From assembly GCA_951406725.2 (NCBI GenBank), contig OX597814.1, forward strand, positions 157,294,001 through 157,358,000: 64,000 nucleotides of DNA, read 5' to 3'. Each line of letters starts with the position of its first letter. The stretch's first letter is position 1. A model generated the notes under the pieces. That model had not been told where the DNA came from. It saw nothing but the letters and a program-made list of their open reading frames with translations, and made no database searches. This DNA comes from Octopus vulgaris. Taxonomy: Eukaryota. Both the position numbers and the translations under genes were made by a program. Positions 1 through 14,340 of this stretch are shown here, piece by piece.

Positions 1-1479
1 TTATTAATATTAATATTGCTGCCTTTTAACATACAAATAAACATATATATTATTGCTTATAATAATATCTTTCTTTCATATGCGTGGATAATTATAATTA
101 TAATTATAATTTATAATTATACCTATATTCGTTTTTGGAGGCCCTATCTTTACACTGGTAAAAGTATTCTCTTTACCTCTGTACGGTGTTTTATCTGCCA
201 CACCCACCCTCAAAGAAAATAACTAAAATGTAGCTAGCATATATAATCCCTTGTATAAGTTTCTTGCATATATGTTTTCTGTAAATGTATCAGTATACAA
301 TATAGAAACAGATTTTTATATATGAATTATTTCCATTTTTTAATATATTTATTTGCACCTTTTATTTCATAAAGAAAAACAAATTTTTTCTTACATTCAC
401 AATTCACTATTACCGTATATCCGTTAGACAATATTATTTATATAATATAACTATAAACTTCAACTCATTCAATTTATTTTTATTATTTATACAAAAATAT
501 AGTAACCTACTAAATACCGATAATTATAACATTTAGAAAAAACATTCTTACGATTTGTCTCAGCTGTAACTCCCATACATTGTTAATTGGTTACCCTTTT
601 GAAAACCTAACATTTTCCATTTCATTTTCCTGGAACGGATTATTCAATATTTTTCGCAACAGCAAGTATTTAATATCTTAATTCTGTAATATTGACAACT
701 ATACTTCTATCTTTATTTCTATAACATCTTTCACATATATTTTCAAATAGCCGTTGGCGGAATCAGTTAGGTTTTTTCACAACTAGACTCAACAACATTT
801 TTCTTAGTCTGTTCTTGATCTTTCATAGGGAGAAATATATATATCCGAATATGTTATTTGCTACGTCCTCTATCAAGTCTTCTGCAACAAAAACAATAAT
901 TTTTTAATGCATTCTTTTTTTTTGCACTGAGGGTTACAGTAATATGTAATTAATTTAATTTAATTCAATTAATTTCCAATTATTCTACCATGTTATTTGC
1001 ATGTTAACATTTCGGTTCGAACCGATCGTATGCATATATTAAACTTCTTTCTAAAATTCTAACATGTTCTCTTCACCATCTTTAATACTTTGTTGAGTTT
1101 CTATGGGATACAGTTCCAGAAATTCTCATCACATTCCATATGCATATGATAATTTCATATTCACAGAAATCTTACACCAGGAATCTACCGACTAAATATT
1201 AAGAATATTTGTTAGAAATCGCCCCTTTGGAACCCCCACAAGGCAATGGACGCTTTTTGGTAACTTAACCATGCTACACTCAGTCCCATCAATCTGCGTC
1301 TACAATTACTAATTCTCATTCTATCAAATAATTAGTAGTCTTTTGTTGCCCTACTTTGTTTTTTGTATTCTTTCTGCTCTCATATAAGTAGATTGTTACT
1401 TTCTAGAATATTATATAGCTTTTCCGCCTAGACATCCTCTATAAGCTTCCACATAGGTGGTAGACAGATTTTAGGCCGA

Positions 1480-3520
1480 AAATTTGATGTCAAGTTACCT
1501 TTCAAGAAATCCTCGAGACATAGCAGCATTCCTTCTTTTGTCATTCAGGTAGGGACGTGCTACAGCCATTCATTCAGTTGGGCAGTGATCCTTTTATGCA
1601 GCGTTTCGCGAGCGTTAGCGCCCATTATTCTCATCCTGTGGTTTGTCGGGAGTGGGCGGCGAAGTAGCAATATTATTCCAAAAGTCCTTATGTCTCAAAG
1701 TACGGGCAATATTTATGGACGCAGACAGTAGGTTGGTGGCCCTAGAGGAGAATGGTAGGGAAGGCCCGACAGGTCTGGAGAGCCAAATCTCTTCAGGCGT
1801 CTTGAAGCTTTCCTGAGAACGTCTCACCTATTAGTACTAGGAGACTGGAATAGTGCTTTAGATGCACAGATTGACTATGTCGGGCTAGTATATAGAAGAA
1901 GTGGGTGCTATGGCCTAGAAAACCTGCTCAGAAACTTTCAGTTGTCTGACAGATATCGACTAGCTTTCAATGATGTGCCAGTGTGGATGTGGAGCAACTA
2001 CTATAGGTGTCCAGATCGTATCTAGATACAGTATTTGTTAGATCAGAGGAGAGAGATGGCGTAGGTTGTCCAAAATTTAAATTGGTCGGCTACACAGATC
2101 ACAAATTTGTGGTCTGCACAGTCGTGTTAGGTAAGTCCCGTAGACAGGGACCCATTTACAGGAAGTTAAATGCGTTCTTACTGCATGCAAAGACTATAGG
2201 GGCCGGATTAATGAACTAGTTAAGCGGCAGTTGGCAGTGGCAGTCGACAACAACCAGTGGTGGATGATCCTAAAGCGGGTGATTAGAACAGAATCGATAG
2301 CGTTTAGCAAAGAGTTAGCAATAGAAAGGAAGAGATTACGAGGTGAACTAGCTATAAAATTAGATGAGGCATCTAATAAGGGCATCGTGACCGATGTAGT
2401 AGCGGTGAGAATGGTCCTTGATTATTTCTTCGAAGCAGCGAAACACTAAGATTGCGTTGTCAGGCCTTAGGCCTGTTCGCTCAAACAAGGAGGAACTAAA
2501 GCTGTCCGGTGGGCCCGAAAGGGGAAACGCGACGTGTAAACAAAATCGCGATCAAGTCTTTGATTTATTAGGATAGGCGCGTGCTACTGGGCGCAGAGGG
2601 GATGTGTGCAACTCTCCAGCAGTACTTTATGCAGATGTTTGTGGAGAAAATGGGTCGAAGACGATAGTGAACTTTAGTTAGTAATCGCACGGCTTACAGC
2701 GGCTCTCACCAGCTGACATGAGTTTATGTGAAAAGCCGATAACAGCCACAGAAATTCAGGAGGTCATGAACGATTGCACACGTCACAAATCATCCAGTTT
2801 GGATGGTCTAGCTTATGAATTCTATGTGTTCATACCAGATTTGTTTGTTGACCTCTTAGCAGATGTACAGCGCAACTGGCAACAGAACGAGAGTATTCCA
2901 AGTTTTGTTAGCTGGGATGTGGTTACACTGATGATGATGAACGCCGACAGAGATGACGTACTAAGGAATCTTTGACCCATAACTCTGCTAAACACACAGT
3001 TTAAGACTTTTTGCCAAGGTGTTAACGAAAGGATTGGCGCTTGTCGTTGGGCACCTGGTCGGGAAACACAAACATGCACATTCCTGAACAGGTCTTATCC
3101 ACGACAACCTCCACCTTACGCGATACATTATAGAGAGGGATATCACTACAGCTGGCTTCCGGGGTGCTCTGCTCAATTTAGGTAAAACTAAATCAATCAA
3201 TCAAGCATTCGATAGAGTCAACCATCACTGCTTGGAAGCTGTCCTGAAAGCAGTCGGTTTCGGGCCCTTTTTCAGAAGCTGGATCGCCTCAATGCAGAGC
3301 GGCATCTGCTCAGTGGTCAAAGTAAATAGCCACTTATCGGAACCGTTTGCACGCTCGGTCTGTACGTATTGGCTGCGGAAGTTGAAACAGTTAAGGGGCA
3401 TTCCATTCGAACAGGGACATGGAAGGGCAGTGTCTCCGCACACGGACGACATAATGTCATGATGTCGGACGCCTCCGAACTGGAGACGGTCGGCACCATT
3501 CTAGAAAAAATTTGAATCGG
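1480..3520 (+). mobile_element. Degraded Tx1/L1-clade LINE ORF2 (APE endonuclease + N-terminal RT)
   Basis: Frameshifted pieces read SRSYLDTVFV..TDHKFV..YRKLNAFLL (endonuclease end), KPITATEI..DGLAYEFY, PITLLNT, IHDNLHL, AFDRVNHHCLEAVLKAVGFGPFFRSWI (RT); many stops. Confidence 0.85.
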
Positions 3521-3559
3521 TTACAGGGAAAAAAATCAAGGCCAACAAATCTGTTGCCG

Positions 3560-4300
3560 TGTCTCTTACTTTTGGCAGCTTTCACTTTTATCCTTTTGCT
3601 TTAATTCTTCATTGCTCTTCTATAATTTTTGTTTCAGCCAGTAGTTTCTTTTGATTGCTTCTTGAAATCCAGTCTTATACATTTCTCATGATTAAGAATC
3701 TCTACCCATGCAAGATCTTTTTGCAACTGGTCTACCTGTCCCTGTAATCGTCTTTTCCACTTTGGTTCTCTTTCTTTCTTTTGAGGTTGTGATACCTTCA
3801 TGCTAAGTTATTCTATTACTAGCACGGCTGCAGCATATATACTAACTTGTTGGTCATGGTGATACCACTACTTTTTATCATCTCCAAGACTTGATTAACT
3901 ATCTATATCTCATTATTTTATTCTTCATTGCCTTTTTATTGACAGTAACATTTTTCTTTCATCTGATTGGGTAATATCATGTAGCCTACGGCCAATAATT
4001 TGTTCAACAAAAAATTCATACTCTGGTTTCCCGTACACATAGGGGTGTCTTGTGATACGTGGTAATTGAACACCATGTCTTTGTTTTGAGTGTATTTGAC
4101 ATTTATCTGTCTTATATTGTCTTACGTTCTCCGTCTGGAAGACACTGCGTTTGATCTTTTCGAACTGTACTTGAGTTAATCAGTCTTTCTTTCTAATATG
4201 TCTTACCTGGTCACTTAGTTTCTGCCAAATGATATCAAACATTTCATTTTCATGTCATATCTCTCTCCATCTGTCCGTAAAGCAAAATCTGGTAGGTTCA
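3560..4300 (-). mobile_element. Fragment of an R4/Dong-like non-LTR retrotransposon, N-terminal region
   Basis: Minus-strand translation TNKLVYAAAVLV..EREPKWKRRLQGQVDQLQKDL resembles the pre-RT region of R4/Dong-type elements; degraded, boundaries approximate. Confidence 0.5.
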
Positions 4301-6084
4301 TGTCGGATGTTACATTCCATCAGAGTGGCATTCAAGCCTGCTTCAGTGGATCTTTCCTCGTTTCTTTCGTACTGCAGAAACTAGATGACAACCGATCCTA
4401 CCATGTCGTGCTGCAGGCCAACTGCCGAGCGAGAGATCTTCACCATTATCAATTCCAACCTCATTCACGCATTTGCATTTGATATTTTGATTTGAGGACT
4501 GTGATTATGAGGTAACATCGCCACACACTACAAGAAATGCTTTACACTGAATATGTTCTTCCGTATATTCCAGAGACACAGTTTTGTGGTAATTGTGTAC
4601 TTGTTAGCTTGAAGTTACTGTCCGATCGACTGAACTTTTGTAAGGAAAACAATAAATGCCAAGAAATGCCTTGGAGAGGCTTCAGATAAGAGATATATGC
4701 TCCACTTCCTTGATGGTTCAGTAAGAAAAAATCATTCGTTCACTAAAATAACCAAATACTATCACAATACACAGAATATCGAACAAGAGATCTGGAAGCT
4801 GGGAAATATAATAATATAAAATTTCTAAAGCCGAGAGACTGTTGGGGTCTCTGCATTCAGTTTGCTGTTACGGTTTGAAAGCTTAATTAAAGAAATATCA
4901 TCATTCCAGAAGCTCGTCGGTAAACAGTAAGACAGTATCCAGCAATTTCAGTTTGCAACTTGTTTTCATTGTCTAGTCTTAGGTCTCGCTGTTCGCGTAG
5001 TCTTACAGCATGAAGATACTCGGATGAACGACGTGGCCTGATAGACCAGTCATTCTAGTTAAACTATGTCTCCGTCTACTTGCACATTCTGACATGCAGT
5101 AATGAGGCGTATGGTTTGCGATATAACAATCAAGATATATTGCAATGTCTCGGTTGGTCGATCTATTTCTATAAGCACATAGATTCTAGTGGCGGTCGTG
5201 TATATGTTTCTATGTTTGACTAGGTTCTGTTGGAGAGATAGTGTTTTAAAACATTATGGTGCTACGTTTTCTGTGGAGTTGTACATCATGGTTGATTTTG
5301 AGGTATTAACAGGATCAGAAGGAGTTGAACTTTTCAACGGTAACAAAGTATTTCTCTCACATGTTCATTATTTCGATGTGTATTGGATCTCTAGATGTAG
5401 ATTGGATAGAGCAGTTTATGGTGCAGAGGTACAGCTCTGTCTCCTTGGAATGTTTAAGTGAGTTGTTGTCGGGAGGTTGGAGCTCAGAGGGAACTGCCAC
5501 AACGCATGATGGATATAATGAACGATCTGTACACTGTTGCTCTTGTTTTTTCCTGTTAGCCAACCGTGATACTTAGGAATAATCTAAGTATGTTTGCAAT
5601 CCATTTGGCATTCTTTACCATGTCTTCTGTGGATTCTATGCATGTTGTAAAAAGGTTGTATGTAACTAGAATAAAGTGGGTTCCTCCCACTGGTGTGATG
5701 TGTGACTTCCGTCGTACTGTAGTTGCTGTTTAAGCTAGTAACCACAATAGTTACTAGTCATCGGATACCGTTGTATCTCTTCGTACTGGAGGAGTAATAC
5801 ACTAACTTCTTCTCACTTACTATCACTGTTAACTCCACAAGACGCCGACTAGAACAGTCGACTCTCAACTCTTCGACTCTCAAACTCTCATGACGCCCAG
5901 CTACTGGTCTATATATAATGACTGCTTCCTACCACTTTTTACCGTGAAGAGTATAGTTTCACAATACAAAGATAACCCTATTTATTATTGACTTCTGTAA
6001 GTGTGTGTGTATGTGTCCATGTGCGTACGAGCATGTTAGTGCGTGCGAGCGCGCGAGTGTGTATGGTATACGTTTATTCTTATA

Positions 6085-6282
6085 TTCTTTAACTTGTTTC
6101 AGTCATATGACAGGGGCTATGCTGGAGCACCACTTTTTACTCGCAGAAATCGACTTATTCTTATTAAGTCTCGTACTCATTCTGTCAGTATCTTTGTTGA
6201 ACCGCTAAGTTATGGTGACGTAAATATACCAATATCGGCTGTCAAGCGTTGGGGAAGGGATCAAACACAAACACAAAGACAT

Positions 6283-6328
<46 letters not shown>

Positions 6329-6470
6329 GATGGGCTTCTTTCAGTTTCCAAATGCCAAATATACTCACAAGGTTTTGATCAGCACGAGCCTATAGTAGAC
6401 GACACTTAACCAAGGTACCACGTGGTGTGATTGAACTGTGGTTGGGAAACGAGCTTCTTACCACACAGCC
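6085..6470 (-). mobile_element. tRNA-derived cephalopod SINE
   Basis: Minus-strand head ggctgtgtggtaagaagc, internal TA/TG tract, gtaacttagcggttc-like body, tail gctccagcat..gactgaaacaag; same family as 16392 and 30463. Confidence 0.8.
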
Positions 6471-6602
6471 AAATATTTCTGATAAAATCGGTTCTTCTTG
6501 TTTTTAATGTTTTCTGTTGGTGCCAAGAAGGGAGTTAGTGGGTTTGGTTGGTGGTACCTTAAGTCTTTTGTCATGGAATTGAGCCATCTGCAATTAAGAC
6601 TC

Positions 6603-6644
<42 letters not shown>

Positions 6645-6647
<3 letters not shown>

Positions 6648-9392
6648 CTCAGTCGAAGTGATTTCCAGCCAGTTCTATCCTGAGTCGCTTCTTTCAGATT
6701 GGCTATGGTCATTCCCGTGTCACTCTTGATGGTATCAAGCCAGCGGGTTCTTGGTCGGCCTCTTCCTCTCTTGCCACTGACCATTCCAAACATGATGTCC
6801 TTCTTCAGGAATTTTCTCCGCATAATATGACCAAAATATGCCAATCTTTGCTTGGTGATGCTAGCGACAGTTTCGGCTTCATCATTGGTGAGCCTCGCTG
6901 TCCATGGAATCCGTTAAAGTCTTCTCCAACACCAAAGCTCGAATGCATTAATTCTCTTCTGGTCAGTTCTCTTTAGTGTCCAGCTCTCGCAGCCATATGC
7001 TGCTATTGAGAAGAAAATTGCATACACCAATCTGCATTTGGTAGCAAGGCTGAAGTCTCTACTCTTCCAGACCTTGTTCATGCTGACCGTTGCCTCTTGG
7101 CCTAGTACTATCCACCGCCTAATTTCTGGAGTGCAGTTACCATTTCGATTTATTTTGGAGCCAAGGAATATGAAATCATCTACCACTTCGATCTCTTTAT
7201 TATCGATCTTAATGCTGATGTTTGTTGTGGCTGCTGTTGACATGATTTTTGTTTTCTTGACATTGAGGTACAGCCCAAAGTTCTCACTCTCTTTCTTGAC
7301 TAGCAGGATAAGTTTCTCTAGATCCTTATTATTTTCTGCCAGCAGCGTTTTATCATCTGCATAGCGATGGTTATTAATATTTCTTCCTCCAATCTTCACT
7401 CCAATGCTGCTATCCTCCAGGTCTGCATTCCTCATGACCTTTTCAGCGTACATTTGGAAGGCTGCTGGTGACAGGATGCAACCTTGCCGAGTGCCTTTTC
7501 CAATCTCAAACCAATCAGTGTCGCCATATAGTGTCCGTACTGTAGCCTCTTGGTTTCGATAGAGTGATCTAATAAGCTGGTCAAGGTGTGAAGGTGTTCC
7601 CATTTTCTCCATAACTTGTCATGATCAATGCTGTCAAAGGCTTTGGAGTAAACAATGAAACACATGTACGGCTTCTTTTGGTATTCTCTTGCCTTCTCCA
7701 TAATGTACCGAAGGTTGGCGATGTGATCGCGGGTGCCTCTTCCCTTTCTTAAACCAGCTTCCACTTTTAGCAATTCTCCCTATATAGTTCTGTTTAGGCG
7801 CTTCTGGGTTATTTTAAGGAGAATTTTGCTTACATGGGGGATCAGAGTGATGGTATGGTAGTTTGCGCAGTCCTTGGTGTCTCTTTTCTTTGGTATTGGA
7901 ATGACAACTGACCTCTTCCATTCCCTTGGCCAATTACAGGTTCTCCATATTCGTTGGCAAAGCGATGTTAGTGTTTTTGTTGGTATTGGCTTGAGTAATT
8001 CTAGTGGTATGCCATCAGTATCTGGGGCTTCTCAGTTTTGGCCAGCTGTTTCATTGCCCATACCACCTCATCCTCCAGGATATCTGGCTCCAGTTCCAGT
8101 GGCTTCTCTTCTGCCTGCTCATCACGGTTGTTCCCTGCGTACAACTGTTCAGTGTATTCTTTCCATCTTTTTCTTATCCCTTCTAGGTCATGTGGTTCTT
8201 CACCATTTCTCCCACGGAAGGTTGCTTGTCTTGCCATGAATGCTGCACGGGCCTTCTTTACATGTTGGTAAAGTTCTCTCATGTTCCGTTTCCTGTATGC
8301 CTCCTCTTCCCTTGCACATTCCTCATTCCAGTATTTCTCTTTGTCCTTCCTGGCAGCCTGTTGGAACATTGCATTCAGGCGCCGCACTTAATCCCTGCTT
8401 CTGGTCACCTTTGCTCTCCTTCTTTCTTCTGCTATTGCATAAGTCTCCTCCGAAATCCACTTTGCTGATCGTGTGGGTTTCTTGTATAGAACATGTTTCT
8501 CTGCTGTTTCAACGACAATTTCCTTCACATTCTCCCATATATCTTCTGCTTCGATGGCGAGCAGTTCGAAGCGGCTTCTGATCTCAGCGACATATGATAG
8601 ACCGATCTTGTTGGTAACAAATTTCTGGCAAGCGGGTGGTCGCTTGACATTGCAGAATCGAATTTTGATCTTGGCAACCAGATGTTCATGGTCAGATCCA
8701 CAGTCTGCCTCAAGGAACGTCTTCACAGCTTGGACTGAACTCTTCCACCGTTGCTGACATAGGATGTTGTCGATTTGATTGCGGTACTGTCCACTTGGCG
8801 ACGTCCAGGTGTAAAGCCGTCTTCTTGGCTGCCGAAACCAAGTATTGGTTAGCCGCATGTTTTGTTCTTGACAAAATTGGACCAGTCGATCTCCTACTTC
8901 ATTCCGTTCTCCTAATCCAAATTTGCCAACAATGTCTGCTTCTGCTTTTTCTCCATTGTTGGCATTGAAATCTCCCAGAATATACACAACATCTGTTCGT
9001 GGTGTTTCCTCGATTGCGCCCTGAATTTCTGCATAGAATTGTTCAATCTCATCTTCTTCGGCGTCGGCAGTTGGTGCGTAGATTTGTACAATGTGATGTT
9101 GTTGGTTTTGACTTTGATGCGAATGGTAATCACTCGATCACTGATGGTCTGGTAACCTTCAACACACTTGGATATTTTCTTGTATAGAACAAATCTCACT
9201 CCATTTTGTCTGGTCTTGCTATTGCCCGAAAAGTACATTGTATGATCACCAGAGTTGAGGAAACCATTGCCAGTCATATGAACTTCGCCGACTCCTAGGA
9301 TAGCGATGTTTAATCGATTCATTTCCTTCTTGATGGTGTCCAACTTCCCAATGTTCATTTCCCTTACGTTCCATGTTCCAATTTTCGTGACA
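6645..9392 (-). mobile_element. RTE-clade LINE, near full-length ORF, frameshifted
   Basis: KIGTWNVRE (APE start), [55 protein letters not shown]; split over several ORFs. Confidence 0.95.
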
Positions 9393-9444
9393 TTTGTGAT
9401 AAAATATGAGGCTTTGCTAATGCGGTGATTATAGGTTGCATCGT

Positions 9445-9636
<192 letters not shown>

Positions 9637-9639
9637 AGA

Positions 9640-11060
9640 AGGTTGAAAAGGAACACTAGTCGGTATTTATAAAGAAAATAAATCAAGGTAGAAAATGCTA
9701 AACTAATTTTATCATGAAGAAAATTTTGGTACATTTTAGCAATCTTGTGAAGGCTTGGTGGTAGGTAGTAGGTAGTAGCAGTCTTAAAGGAATATTTTAT
9801 ATGAGGGATGTGAGTTCTTGGGTTTGATTGTTTAAGCAGCAATAGCCGAGGAAGGAGGCGGAGGAGAAGCAGAAGATAAAAAAAGAAGAAGAAGAAGAAG
9901 AAGAAGAAGAAGAAGAAGAAGAAGAAGAAGAAGAAGAAGAAGATGATGATGATGATGAAATAATAATAAGAAGAAGAAGGTGTAGGAAAAGAAGAGAAAG
10001 AATAAGAAAAATACGAAAGTATGGCAGTAGTAGGTTGTTGGTGGAATTTTCTTAGTGACCTAAAAGTGACCTGTTGTGGTTATAAAAGTAGTAGCTGGAA
10101 TTGTTCTGAATAAATTCATGGGTAAATTCATGAATATATTGTTTTTAATATTTGTGTGGGTATTATTCTAAAGCCCTTATAGTAGTCTCATTTGTGGTGG
10201 ACGCATTCAAAAGGGGTTTATATTTTGTGATAAAATCTGAGGCTTTGCTAATGCGGTGGTGATTATAGGTTGCATCGTCCATGAATTGATAGAGGGGGAA
10301 AATTCTGAATTTGCGTTGTTTGCTAGTAGCGCTAATGTCGATGTGTTCGATGTATGCAATTTTTCTGTATTCCCAATTTTAATCTGGGATCTATGTAGAA
10401 TCATCCATTGATGTAGATTGGTTTCGATTTGGCCTATGTATTGCTCTCGGCACCCTGAGCAATTTAATACTTATATTAGGTTTTTCGAAGCACATGTGAA
10501 GTTGTTTTTCAATGTAAAACGTTGACCCTGTTTGAGAAAGAATGCCTATCCCTCAATTAGGTTGACGCACATACCCCAGTTATGTCACCCGCATTTTATT
10601 TACACTTGGCTTCAGTGTTGTTGTCGAGTGTACTTGGGTTTGCTTTAGGAGACTTTTTATTGATTAGGTTGTCTTTTACTCTTTATGACGGTGGGCGTTT
10701 GGAGGAATAAATTCATTGTGTTCCTTTTTAGTAGGAGAATGTACTGCAGGAAGGTGTCGAAAGCTTCATTGTTAAGGGGGTTGTGTGTGGTGATGTATGG
10801 TAGGGCCTTTGGTTGTAAATCCTTCTTTAGTTTCGGATGTCTGAGTTATTGCGGTAGATATTGCTTGGAGTCCGTGGGCATATAATATATACCTGTTTCT
10901 ATTTTGTTGTTGGATTTCTTAATGAGGATGTCGAGGAATGGAAATTGTTGATGACTATATTCCATCTTAAATTACATGTTTATGTCAGGTCCATATATAA
11001 GTGTTTGAAATTCTTTAAGTCCCTCTGTACTTTCATGTCAATGAATGAAGCAGTCATCCA
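9640..11060 (-). mobile_element. Degraded Penelope-like element (GIY-YIG C-terminus + tail)
   Basis: Minus strand FTCASKNLI*VLNCSGCREQYIGQIETNLHQWMILHRSQI, homologous to the ORF at 13204. Confidence 0.8.
9884..9958. repeat. (GAA)n/(GAT)n microsatellite
   Basis: Directly visible. Confidence 0.95.
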
Positions 11061-11304
11061 GATACCTGTTCCAGTTATTTTCTATGTAGAGGGAGAATAG
11101 TTTGCCGTATTTTTCTAGTACCCTACTTCCATTTGAAAACTATGGAAATATTTAAAAAAAAATATTTCATTTAATTCTTTCACAGTTTAAGTGATTTTCA
11201 TGCTTTACTCTAAGTTGAAAAAGTCGCAAGGACTGAAGTTGCTACTAAATTTTTCTTCACGACGAAATTATTTTAGTATTTTTACCTTGTCTTATTTTCC
11301 TTTA

Positions 11305-11353
<49 letters not shown>

Positions 11354-11356
<3 letters not shown>

Positions 11357-12070
11357 AAATGAGGGTGAGAAATTAGATATTAATTTAATTAACATCGATT
11401 TCACACTAGTGGTTTAGCATATAAGAAAAAACTGAAGGTTCTGCAAAATTGTATTATATACATATTAGAGGGAAACCGGTATGTGGACACACTTATGGTA
11501 GAAATAGATCCGCTCACGTCTTATTACTAAGAAATATTCTCAAGAAAAATTTAGCAAAACAACCAAAACGTAATCAAGCTGGACAAAAGAAAAAGCAATA
11601 AAAATATGGATTATTCGCACACATGTGTCACTATTTACATATTACGTAATATTACTTACATAAATGTCCATAGATCATCGGTGCGACCGTCCATATGAAT
11701 ATAATTTGCAGGACTGCATACTAGGACGTCCGAACAAAGTCAGATCTGTAAACAGTTCTACTCATTACACTCGCGGTTACTACTTCAAATATCCTCGTTT
11801 TGGCGCGCTAAATTATCAGAAAAATTGATGCTGCAGATAATACTTTACTGCAGTGGCCCTTGCCGGTTAAAGGGCGTATCAATTTAAATTTAATTTTAAA
11901 ATGAGAGTGAGAAATTAGATATTAATTTAATTAACATCGATTTCACACCTATGGTCAAGCATATAAAAAAAATGAAGGTTCAGTAAAATTGTATTATATA
12001 CATTTTAGAGGGAAACCACTATGTGGACACCCTTGTGCATAAGGGTGTCCACATAGTGGTTTCCCTCTAA
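11354..12070. mobile_element. Non-coding PLE-tail-like repeat, 1.3 tandem units ending in a hairpin
   Basis: aaaatgag(g/a)gtgagaaattagatattaatttaattaacatcgatttcacac occurs at 11357 and 11898; related to 39905-40290 and 43885-44030. Confidence 0.6.
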
Positions 12071-12772
12071 TATATATATATATATAGTATTATCCTTATA
12101 ATTCTGGTGTCTTTAACTTAAGTACCATATTCATCTGACTCTAAATTTTGCTGAACTTATATATTCTTTTATATGCTTTAGCATTGAGGCTGCGGCCATG
12201 CTAGGGCACCGCAATTGTGATCCCTTTTTCATTGGCCAACAACAGGAGTAACTCCACCAACAAGAACGCCTACATCACCAGTACCAAAAGATGAGTGTCG
12301 TACGTCAAAGCAACAGCAACATATATATATGAAGACGAAAAATGTTTATAATTATATAATTATATAATTTTACATTAAAATTATATAATTATATAATTAT
12401 AAACGTTTTTCGTCTTCATATAAATATATGATAACGTTGTTTAATAACGATTTCTAACACGATATTGATTCCTTACATAAGATTGTGGATAATTAAGACA
12501 TGCACTATACATGTAATATATAGAAGCACTATAAATTCCACACAAACTTAGTTTACTTGTCTCATTTTATTTAACATATTCATGCTTACACAAGACCTGT
12601 ATTGGACACCTTACTCGTATCATTATCGAACCGAGAGTTCTCACGAAGCACTACAGTCCTCCCGTAGCACTTACGTAGCCTTAGCAGCCATCTTCGGTTT
12701 CTGGATACCAATACCTCCTATATATTATATTAATAAATGTGTGCACGTATGTGTGTGTACATATATACTAAT

Positions 12773-12776
12773 TATG

Positions 12777-12830
<54 letters not shown>

Positions 12831-12832
12831 TT
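12773..12832. repeat. (AAT)n microsatellite
   Basis: Directly visible. Confidence 0.95.
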
Positions 12833-13078
12833 ATGAGGGAATATTATTTCAAACTTACAGGGAAAAATTCAATTTAGAAATACTAAATCAAATTTCACAA
12901 TATATATATATATAGTGTTGCATATTTGCCATTTGAATATGGCTAACCCATAAGGGTGGATGCTACTGTAGTTTGTAGCCCCAGGAAGATATCTCCTCCA
13001 GTTGGCTATAGACACACTATCTGTGTCCTGTCAGTATTTGTGAAGGGGAGTCATCCTCCCCGTCTTCAACACATGATA

Positions 13079-13123
13079 CACACGTACCCGAGTTTCAAGG
13101 TGTTTACCTTTCATCAGCGTGTG
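13079..13123 (-). ncRNA. Minimal type I hammerhead ribozyme
   Basis: Minus strand cacacg-CTGATGA-aagg-taaaca-cctt-GAAA-ctcggg-TA-cgtgtg: stems I and II pair perfectly, core intact, short near-palindromic stem III. Confidence 0.85.
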
Positions 13124-13137
13124 CTCTGAGATTTATC

Positions 13138-13178
<41 letters not shown>

Positions 13179-13180
<2 letters not shown>

Positions 13181-14340
13181 CTCCCGTTTACGCCAACTCT
13201 GTAATGGGATACTTAGAAGAACAACTCTACCAAGAGGTGGAGGTAAACTATGGCACTGGATTTAGAAAGTATATTGAAAAGGCATGGAAGAGATACCTAG
13301 ACGACTGTTTCATAATCTGGACAGAATCTCTAAATACTCTGGAAGAGTTCAATATCCTCCTGAACAACCTACACCCATCTCTCAAATTTACAAAGGAGAT
13401 GAGTAGTACCAAATTACCATTCCTGGATATAATGGTAATTAAAAAAGACACCACCATCACCACAGATATATACTATAAACACACAGACACACACAAATAC
13501 CTAAATTTTAAGTCGTGCCATCCACCACATACAAAACGTAACATCCCATACTGCCTAGCCAGAAGAATTTGTACTATTGTAGAAGATGCAAATATCAGGA
13601 ACAAACGCCTAATAGAACTAAGAGAATTTTTGCTCAAACAAAAATACCCATCTCTACTTATAGAAAATGGCATACAGCGGGCTATAAAAATACCTATACA
13701 ACAACTTAGGACAACCCAAGGAAGAGGAAAACAAGAACAAGTCATACCATTCATAGTGACACACAACCCATGTCACCAGAATATCTTCAACATTGCCAAA
13801 GCAAACCTACCAATCATTGCCCAAAGTAATGAATTAAAAGACATAATCAAGGATCGAGCTATGGTACTTAGTAAAAGACAGCCTAAAAACTTGAAAACAT
13901 TACTAACAAAGGCAAAATTTGACCTCAGCAACAAAGACCAAACATTCACGGTATCTAAATGCAATGATAGCCGATGTGGCACATGCCAATTCATACATAC
14001 CGGTCAATATATAAACACAAAAACCGGGAAAATATTCACAAACGCGAATATGAACTGCAAAAGCAGAAATTTAATTTACTGCATCAAATGCCCAAATTGT
14101 GAAGAAATATATGTAGGTCAGACGGGAAACGCACTATTAGAACGCTCACGTGTACACCGGCAACAGATTAGAGACCCAGAGGTCCGTCAGATACCTTTGA
14201 GTAACCACCTAGCAACATGTGGTCGGAAAATATATATAATATTTCCATTCTACAAATTACACAGCCCAAGTGAAATCGAGAGGAAAATCAGAGAAAAGAA
14301 TTTTATTGATAAATTCGAACCCAAGCTAAATAAGCAATAA
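13179..14340 (+). CDS. 5'-truncated Penelope-like element ORF: RT C-terminus (YLDD, LPFLD) + GIY-YIG endonuclease
   Basis: Open frame of over 378 aa: WKRYLDDCF, LPFLDI, HKYLNFKSCHP, CNDSRCGTC, NLIYCIKCPNCEEIYVGQT; begins directly after (TA)n. Confidence 0.93.

Noticed and set aside
1-1300. Purine-rich minus strand resembling decayed coding sequence
   Set aside because: Frequent stops and no motif I can assign; possibly an old LINE 3' end
4850-5930. Possible retroelement 5' UTR/ORF1 on the minus strand
   Set aside because: No diagnostic motif recognised
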